Shown piece after piece: positions 58,387-64,000 of a stretch of DNA of 64,000 nt. Source of the stretch: Candidatus Palauibacter sp. (lineage in GTDB: Bacteria > Gemmatimonadota > Gemmatimonadetes > Palauibacterales > Palauibacteraceae). Below the pieces are notes generated by a model, which had not been told where the DNA came from, searched no databases, and saw only the letters and a list, made by a program, of their open reading frames with translations. The stretch covers positions 2,547,977 to 2,611,976 of the forward strand of contig NZ_OZ253465.1 of the NCBI RefSeq assembly GCF_965261555.1, in the 5' to 3' direction. Every line of letters starts with the position of its first letter. The first letter of the stretch is position 1. Made by a program: the position numbers and the translations under genes.

Positions 58387-59905
58387 GCGCTCGATCTCAA
58401 GTCGGCAGCGGTCCCGGATCCTGGAACTGGAGGAGGCTGCGCGGCCGCTCGACCCCGGCGCGGGCGAGCGCGACCGCCTTATGGCCTTGGTACACGCCTA
58501 CGCGCAGCGGTTCCTCACCGGGCTTCCCGAACGGCCCGCCTACGAGTACGACAAGTCGGCCGTCGCGGAGATCCGGGAACTCGGAGTCGGGACCGATACG
58601 CGACCCATCGAGCGGCTCATCGACCGCATCGACGAGTCCGTCGTGGGGGCGGGACTCGTGCCCTCTCACGGCGGGCACCTCGGCTACATCCCCGGCGGCG
58701 GCATCTACGCCTCGTCGCTCGCGGATTATCTCGCGGCCGTCACGAACGAATACGCCGGCGTACGCTTCACCGGCCCCGGCGCCGTCGAGATGGAGAACGT
58801 CGTCCTCGGCTGGATGGCGCGTCTCGCGGGATATCCGGCCACATGCGCCGGGAACCTCGCCTCGGGAGGCTCGATCGCGAGCCTCATCGCCGTCGTCACC
58901 GCCCGCGAGGCGGCCGGACTTCGGGCGCGCGACTACGAGCGGGCGGTCGTCTACTCGTCGTCCCACCTGCACCACTGCCTGCACAAGGCGCTCAGAATGG
59001 CCGGCGTGGGAGAGGCGGTGCGGCGCGATGTCCCGCTGGACGGCGATTACCGCATGCGGGCCGATGCGCTCGCCGAATTCGTGGAGGAGGATCGCGCGCG
59101 CGGACTCCGGCCGTGGCTCGTCTTCGCATCGGCGGGCACCGTGGACATCGGCGCCATCGACCCGCTCGCGGAGATCGCGGACGTTGCCGAGCGCGAGGAT
59201 CTCTGGTTCCACGTGGACGGCGCCTACGGCGGATTTTTTGCCCTGCTCGAGGAGATCCGGCCCGCGCTGGCGGGTCTGGAACGCTCGGATTCCCTCGTCC
59301 TCGATCCGCACAAGGGGATGTTTCTCCCCTACGGCACGGGCGCCGTGCTCGTCCGCGACGGGAAGGCCCTGGCGGACGCGCACGCGTCGGGCGCCAGCTA
59401 CCTGCAGGACACGGTCGAGGCCGAGCGCTGGGGGCCGTCTCCGGCCGCCGTATCGCCCGAACTCACCAAGCACTTTCGGGGGCTGCGGGTCTGGCTGCCG
59501 CTCCTCCTGCACGGGGAGGCGCCGTTCGAGGCCTGCCTGCGGGAGAAGCTCGAACTCGCGCGGTACTTCCACGGCGAGATCGGGGCGCTCGGGTTCGAGG
59601 TGGGGCCGGAACCGGAACTTTCCGTCGTGACCTACCGCTGGGTGCCGGAGTCGGGCGACGCGAACGCCTTCAACCGGGCGCTGGTGGACGAGACCCACCG
59701 CGACGGGCGCGTCTTCCTCTCCTCCACGACGATCGACGGGACGGTCTGGCTGCGGATGGCGGCGCTCGCGTTCCGCACCCACCTGGACACGATCGACCTC
59801 GCGCTCGAGGTCCTCCGGGAATCCGTCCAAAAGCTTGAAACCCGCCCCGAACGCTGGCGCGCGGCGTCTCCCGCCGGAGCGCTCGCCGGGGGAGGCAGCG
59901 GCTGA
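58385..59905 (+). CDS. PLP-dependent group II decarboxylase (aromatic-L-amino-acid/glutamate decarboxylase family)
   Basis: LVLDPHKGMFLPYGTGAVLV (PLP-lysine) and GGSIASLIAV blocks. Alternative start at MALVHAYAQ (58481). Confidence 0.8.
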   Translation: MRSISSRQRSRILELEEAARPLDPGAGERDRLMALVHAYAQRFLTGLPERPAYEYDKSAVAEIRELGVGTDTRPIERLIDRIDESVVGAGLVPSHGGHLGYIPGGGIYASSLADYLAAVTNEYAGVRFTGPGAVEMENVVLGWMARLAGYPATCAGNLASGGSIASLIAVVTAREAAGLRARDYERAVVYSSSHLHHCLHKALRMAGVGEAVRRDVPLDGDYRMRADALAEFVEEDRARGLRPWLVFASAGTVDIGAIDPLAEIADVAEREDLWFHVDGAYGGFFALLEEIRPALAGLERSDSLVLDPHKGMFLPYGTGAVLVRDGKALADAHASGASYLQDTVEAERWGPSPAAVSPELTKHFRGLRVWLPLLLHGEAPFEACLREKLELARYFHGEIGALGFEVGPEPELSVVTYRWVPESGDANAFNRALVDETHRDGRVFLSSTTIDGTVWLRMAALAFRTHLDTIDLALEVLRESVQKLETRPERWRAASPAGALAGGGSG

Positions 59906-61695
59906 TGGCGGGTTCGAGTCCGGGGCGCGCGACGCAGGACGTACGCTACGAGCCGGACGAGCGGCCGCCGCTCCCGATCGCCGCCGGACTCGGCGTCCAG
60001 TACGCCCTCATCTGCCTCGCCAGCATCGTGCTCACGCCGACGGTCATGATCACCGTGGCGGGCGGCAGCGATGCCTACCTCTCGTGGGCGGTGTCCGCGG
60101 CGCTCGTCATCAGCGGGGTCACGACGGCGATCCAGGCGCGCAGCGTGGGACGGATCGGGGCGGGCTACATCCTCGTCATGGGGAGCACGAGCGCGTTTCT
60201 CGCGGTGAGCGTGTCCGCCCTCGAGCAGGGCGGGCCGGGGATGCTCGCGCTGCTGATCATCGGCTCCTCGCTCATCCAGTTCGTGCTCGCCTCGAGGATG
60301 GCGCTGCTGCGGCGGATCTTCACTCCCACCGTGGCGGGCGTCGTGCTCATGCTCATTCCGGTGACGCTCGCCCCGCTGATCCTGCGGAAGCTCGCCGAGG
60401 TGCCGGCCGGGGCGTCGCCGGCCGCGGCTCCGGTCGTTGCGGGCGTGACGCTGGCGGTCCTGGTGCTCGTTCCGCTCCGCTTCTCCGGCGCCCTTCGGCT
60501 CTGGGCCCCGGCCCTGGGGATCGCCGCCGGGTCTCTCGTCGCCGGCCTCGGGTTCGGGATCTACGACCTGTCCCCGGTCGCCGAAGCCCGCTGGATCGGC
60601 CTGCCGGACCTCGCGTACCCGGGGCTCGACCTGAGCTTCCGCCCCGAGTTCTGGGCGCTGTTGCCGTCCTTCGTGATGGTGACGCTCGTGGGCGCCATGG
60701 ATACGCTCGGGGACGCCATCGCGATTCAGCGGGTCTCGTGGCGCAGGCCGCGCGCGATCGACTTTCGCTCCATCCAGGGCGCGATCTCGGCCGACGGGGT
60801 GGGGAACCTCCTCTCCGGCCTGGCGGGGACCGTTCCCAATACGACCTACGGCATGAGCATCGCCGTCGCCGAACTCACGGGCGTCGCTTCCCGCGCCATC
60901 GGGATCTGCGTAGGCATCGTCTTCGTCGCCTTCGCCTTCCTGCCGAAATTCCTCGCCCTCATCATCGCGATCCCCGGCCCCGTCGTGGCGGCCTATTTCG
61001 TCATCATCGTCGCGCTGATCTTCGTCTTCGGAATCAAGATCCTGCTCCAGGAAGGGCTGGATTACCGCAACGGCATCGTCGTCGGCGTCGCGTTCTGGCT
61101 GGGCATCGCCTTCCAGCTCGACTGGATCTACCCGGAGTCCTTCCAGGGGGCCTGGGGCGAACTCCTCGGCAACGGCATGACCGTCGGCGGCTTGACGGTG
61201 ATCCTGCTCACGGTCTTCGGAATGGGCGGCCGCCGGGCGCGACTCAAGACGCGGTTGTCGCACGATACCTGGCCGGAGGTCGACGCCTTCCTGGTGAAGT
61301 TCGCCGCGCGCAACGGCTGGGACGAAGACATGGAAACGCGTCTGCGCGCCGTGGGTGAGGAGACGTTGCACATCCTCACTCGTGAGAAGGCACAGGAGGC
61401 GGGGGATACGCCCGAGGCGGGGGATACGCCGGAAGTGGAGCGCAACCTGCTGGTGATCGCGCGCGGCGATGGCCCCTCCGCGGATCTCGAGTTCATCGCG
61501 ACGACGGACGAGAAGAACATCGAAGACCAGCTGGCGATGCTCAGCGAGGCGGCCGCGGGCATCCCGGTCGAGGCGGAGACCCCGCTGCGGCTGCTGAGGC
61601 ACTACGCATCCTCGATCCGCCACCAGCAGTACCACGACATCGACATCCTCACGGTCCGCGTGGAGTCCGCGGGCCAGATGGCCAGGGACTTCTAG
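59905..61695 (+). CDS. NCS2-family (xanthine/uracil/vitamin C permease-like) transporter with C-terminal cytoplasmic extension
   Basis: 596 aa, about 12 TM with NCS2-like blocks (GLGVQYALICLASIV...; VPNTTYGMSIAVAELTGVASR). ATG overlaps the decarboxylase stop (TGATG). Confidence 0.7.
   Translation: MAGSSPGRATQDVRYEPDERPPLPIAAGLGVQYALICLASIVLTPTVMITVAGGSDAYLSWAVSAALVISGVTTAIQARSVGRIGAGYILVMGSTSAFLAVSVSALEQGGPGMLALLIIGSSLIQFVLASRMALLRRIFTPTVAGVVLMLIPVTLAPLILRKLAEVPAGASPAAAPVVAGVTLAVLVLVPLRFSGALRLWAPALGIAAGSLVAGLGFGIYDLSPVAEARWIGLPDLAYPGLDLSFRPEFWALLPSFVMVTLVGAMDTLGDAIAIQRVSWRRPRAIDFRSIQGAISADGVGNLLSGLAGTVPNTTYGMSIAVAELTGVASRAIGICVGIVFVAFAFLPKFLALIIAIPGPVVAAYFVIIVALIFVFGIKILLQEGLDYRNGIVVGVAFWLGIAFQLDWIYPESFQGAWGELLGNGMTVGGLTVILLTVFGMGGRRARLKTRLSHDTWPEVDAFLVKFAARNGWDEDMETRLRAVGEETLHILTREKAQEAGDTPEAGDTPEVERNLLVIARGDGPSADLEFIATTDEKNIEDQLAMLSEAAAGIPVEAETPLRLLRHYASSIRHQQYHDIDILTVRVESAGQMARDF
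61396..61431 (+). repeat. 18-bp tandem duplication in the permease tail (encodes EAGDTP-EAGDTP)
   Basis: gaggcgggggatacgccc followed immediately by gaggcgggggatacgcc. Confidence 0.85.
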
Positions 61696-61710
61696 CCGCG
61701 ACCCGCTCCT

Positions 61711-62826
61711 TCAGCCTGCAGCCTGCGTCGCCCGGTCGCGGGACGGAACGATGATCGCCTTCGTGACGGCGAGCCGCTCGACGTCCGCGAGCGCCCGATT
61801 CGTTTCCTCGAGGCCGTACTCTCCCCCGATCACCCGGGCGAAGGGGAGGCGGTGCCGGGCGAGCAGGTCGAGCGCGCGTGAGACGTGCGGCAGTTCGGTG
61901 CCCCAGCGCCCCTTCACCGTCGCGTGCTTCCGGTTGATGTCGAGGTGCGGGTTGATGGAGACGGGACCGACGTCCGTGTAGTGGCCCGCCACCACGTACG
62001 TGCCTCCGTCGCGGAGAAGGGCGAACCCTTCCGGGATCGCCGCCGGGTTGCCGCTCGCCTCGATGACGACGTCGGCGCCCCGGCCCTCCGTGAGATCGGC
62101 CACCCGTGCCGACCGGTCGGGGCCCGACGTTCGGCTCACGGAGAGCGTGACGTCGGCGCCCATCGCGGTGGCCAGGTCGAGGCGCTCGTCGGGGTCGCCG
62201 ATGACGACGAGAACGCCGCACCCCCGGACCCGGGCGAAGGCGGCGGCCGCGAGGCCCACGGGGCCGGAGCCCTGGACGACGACCGTGTCTCCCGGCCGGA
62301 GTTCCGAGCGCTCGACGGCTCCGAAACCGGTGAAGAGTCCGCAGCCGCCTCCGATGACATCCGCTGTCTCCAGCCCCTCGGGCAACTTGAAGATCGACGT
62401 GTCGGCCGTGAGCCGCATGGACGTCGCCCAGCCTCCGAACAGCCCCTCGAGTGCGCTGAACGTGATGCCGTAGACGCGCCGGTGCGGGCACAGGTTCGGC
62501 TGCCGCGCCGCGGAACAATGGAAGCAGCGGTGGCACGTGCCCACCACGTCGAAGAAGGTGACCGTGTCCCCCTCCGCCAGCGGCCGCCCGGTGGCGTCGA
62601 CGCCCGGGCCGCGGGTTTCCCGCACCCGTCCCACGCTCACGTGCCCCGGGATGATGGGCCAGGGGACCCCCGCGAGCCGCCCGTGATAGAGGTGTACATC
62701 GGTTCCGCACACCTCGCTCGCTTCGATCTCCAGCCATGTCTCGCCCGGCCCGAGTGCGGGGTCGTCGAAGTCCCGAATCTCGAGCGGCTGTCGCGGGCCC
62801 GTCATCACCGACGCGCGTTGTGGCAC
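61711..62826 (-). CDS. zinc-dependent alcohol dehydrogenase-family (MDR) oxidoreductase
   Basis: ASEVCGTDVHLYHG (catalytic Zn), CHRCFHCSAARQPNLC (structural Zn Cys cluster), GSGPVGLAAAAFA (NAD binding). Confidence 0.8.
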   Translation of the reverse strand: MPQRASVMTGPRQPLEIRDFDDPALGPGETWLEIEASEVCGTDVHLYHGRLAGVPWPIIPGHVSVGRVRETRGPGVDATGRPLAEGDTVTFFDVVGTCHRCFHCSAARQPNLCPHRRVYGITFSALEGLFGGWATSMRLTADTSIFKLPEGLETADVIGGGCGLFTGFGAVERSELRPGDTVVVQGSGPVGLAAAAFARVRGCGVLVVIGDPDERLDLATAMGADVTLSVSRTSGPDRSARVADLTEGRGADVVIEASGNPAAIPEGFALLRDGGTYVVAGHYTDVGPVSINPHLDINRKHATVKGRWGTELPHVSRALDLLARHRLPFARVIGGEYGLEETNRALADVERLAVTKAIIVPSRDRATQAAG

Positions 62827-62920
62827 TTCGCCTCCCGTCCGCGGAGTTCTCAGGTCGCCTTGCGGCGCGTATCATACGGCCTCGCCCGGAGGAGACGCCC
62901 GAGGGAGACCCCCGCAGGAG

Positions 62921-64000
62921 ATGAGAATGTCCGGAGTCCACATGCGAAACCGCACGCGAGCCCCTGCCGGCCGCCGGATCCGTTCCCTCGCCGCCGCGGT
63001 GCTTCTGTGCGGGTGTGCCGGCGAGGCGGAACGGCAGGTGTCGCTGCAGTCGGGGGATGTCGAGTTCGTGCGGCCGTTCCCGAGCGGCGAGCCCCATCTC
63101 GCGGTGGGTGCGGAGGGACGCACGATCCTGACGTGGATCGAGCCGGAGGACGGCGTGCCTGCGCTGCGTCTCGCGATTCGCGAAGCGGACGGCTGGTCCG
63201 CGCCGCGCACCGTGTGGACGTCGGAAGAGATGTTCGTGAACTGGGCCGACTTCCCCTCGTCGGTCGAGATGTCCGACGGCACCCTCGCCGTTCACTGGCT
63301 GGAGAAGGTGGCCGAGGCGCCGTACGCCTACCACGTCATGCTGGCGCTCTCTTCGGATGACGGAATGACGTGGACGGAGCCGTTCCGCGCGCACGACGAC
63401 GAGTCGCCGACCGAGCACGGCTTCGTATCGATGGTCCCGTGGCGGGACGGCGCGGCGCTGACCTGGCTCGACGCCCGCGCGATGGCGGGCGCCGCCGCCG
63501 GGGGCGTGCACGTAACGGAAGGGAGCCACGCAGTGCGGGGTCCGATGTCCGTCCGCTTCCGGACGCTCGCGCCGGACGGCCGACTGGGCCCCGAGGTGCT
63601 CCTCGACGACAGGACGTGCGAGTGCTGCCAGACCGCGCTGGCCCGCGTGGGCGACGGCCTCGTCGCCGCCTACCGCGACCGGAGCGAATCCGAGGTCCGC
63701 GACATCGCCGTCGTCCGCGGGGCGGGGGAGCGCTGGACCGAGCCCGCTCCGGTGTCGACCGACGGCTGGGTCATCCCCGGCTGTCCCGTGAACGGGCCGC
63801 AGTTGAGCGGAGACGAAGCGGCGCTGGTCTCCGCCTGGTACACGGGCGCCGGCGGCACGCCGCAGGCGTACGTCGCCTTCTCGGCCGACGGCGGCGCGAG
63901 CTTCGGCCCGCGGATCCGGATCGACGAAGGGCTGCCGCTGGGCCGCGTGGACATCGAGCGTCTCGACGACGGTTCGGCGGCGGTCGTGTGGCTCGAAGCC
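62921..64000 (+). CDS. BNR/sialidase-like exported lipoprotein (5' part; runs off the right edge)
   Basis: Not in the ORF track (no stop). GCAGGAG SD, then MRMSGVHMRNRTRAPAGRRIRSLAAAVLLCGCAGE. Repeated S-x-D-x-G-x-T-W/F-like blocks (SSDDGMTWTEP; SADGGASFGP). Confidence 0.55.
   Translation, partial: MRMSGVHMRNRTRAPAGRRIRSLAAAVLLCGCAGEAERQVSLQSGDVEFVRPFPSGEPHLAVGAEGRTILTWIEPEDGVPALRLAIREADGWSAPRTVWTSEEMFVNWADFPSSVEMSDGTLAVHWLEKVAEAPYAYHVMLALSSDDGMTWTEPFRAHDDESPTEHGFVSMVPWRDGAALTWLDARAMAGAAAGGVHVTEGSHAVRGPMSVRFRTLAPDGRLGPEVLLDDRTCECCQTALARVGDGLVAAYRDRSESEVRDIAVVRGAGERWTEPAPVSTDGWVIPGCPVNGPQLSGDEAALVSAWYTGAGGTPQAYVAFSADGGASFGPRIRIDEGLPLGRVDIERLDDGSAAVVWLEA

Noticed and set aside
59632-61635. 667-aa minus-strand ORF
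   Set aside because: Antisense to the NCS2 permease; D/R/E-rich low complexity.

Overview
This is a very high-GC (~70%) bacterial chromosomal window, densely packed with about 55 protein-coding genes on both strands. Its character (many TPR, TolB-like and plug-domain proteins; frequent ATGA/TTGA coupled junctions) suggests a Gemmatimonadota-like lineage, but that is a low-confidence inference from gene content. I found no rRNA or tRNA genes, no CRISPR array, and no transposase or integrase.

Because of the GC content, the six-frame track is full of long arginine-rich antisense ORFs, which I rejected as artifacts.

Gene content:
- **Hydroxyproline-type module:** an AcnX-type dehydratase pair (DUF521 + DUF126) with a divergent Asp/Glu/hydantoin racemase-family gene.
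- **Peptidases and hydrolases:** two M20 peptidases, a nitrilase-superfamily hydrolase, an alpha/beta hydrolase, a HAD hydrolase, and three tandem amidohydrolases.
- **Repair and rescue:** an SRAP (YedK-like) abasic-site protein, ArfB and RecQ.
- **Other recognisable genes:** a VapBC toxin-antitoxin pair, NudC, TolB-like and beta-propeller lipoproteins, a YdbS/YdbT bPH_2 pair, and two tandem TPR plus TlpA-like thiol-disulfide oxidoreductases.
- **Small-molecule enzymes:** an ICMT-like methyltransferase with a sulfotransferase, a PQQ-dependent dehydrogenase, an OsmC-family protein and a SAM-dependent methyltransferase.
- **Fur-box-fronted uptake locus:** a CbiX-type chelatase lipoprotein, an HmuY-like lipoprotein and a TonB-dependent receptor.
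- **Envelope and export:** two tandem signal peptidase I genes and a CzcBA/CusBA-type heavy-metal RND efflux pair.
- **Right-hand end:** a MTOX-like FAD oxidase, a class C beta-lactamase-like serine hydrolase, a group II PLP decarboxylase translationally coupled to an NCS2-family permease, a Zn-dependent alcohol dehydrogenase and a BNR/sialidase-like lipoprotein (partial).

The standout is a selenoprotein gene at 16968..17522 (minus strand) that the ORF track missed. It has an in-frame TGA in a D-U-G-S-C-T-S-C (UxxCxxC) motif, followed 11 nt later by a perfect 7-bp hairpin with a GGUCU loop, which has the spacing and shape of a bacterial SECIS. This gene is translationally coupled (ATGA) to an upstream protein with a thioredoxin-fold N-terminus (CPTC). 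A Tat-signal class V PLP enzyme and a GcvT-family aminomethyltransferase follow on the same strand. Together they look like a candidate previously undescribed selenium-dependent redox/one-carbon module.
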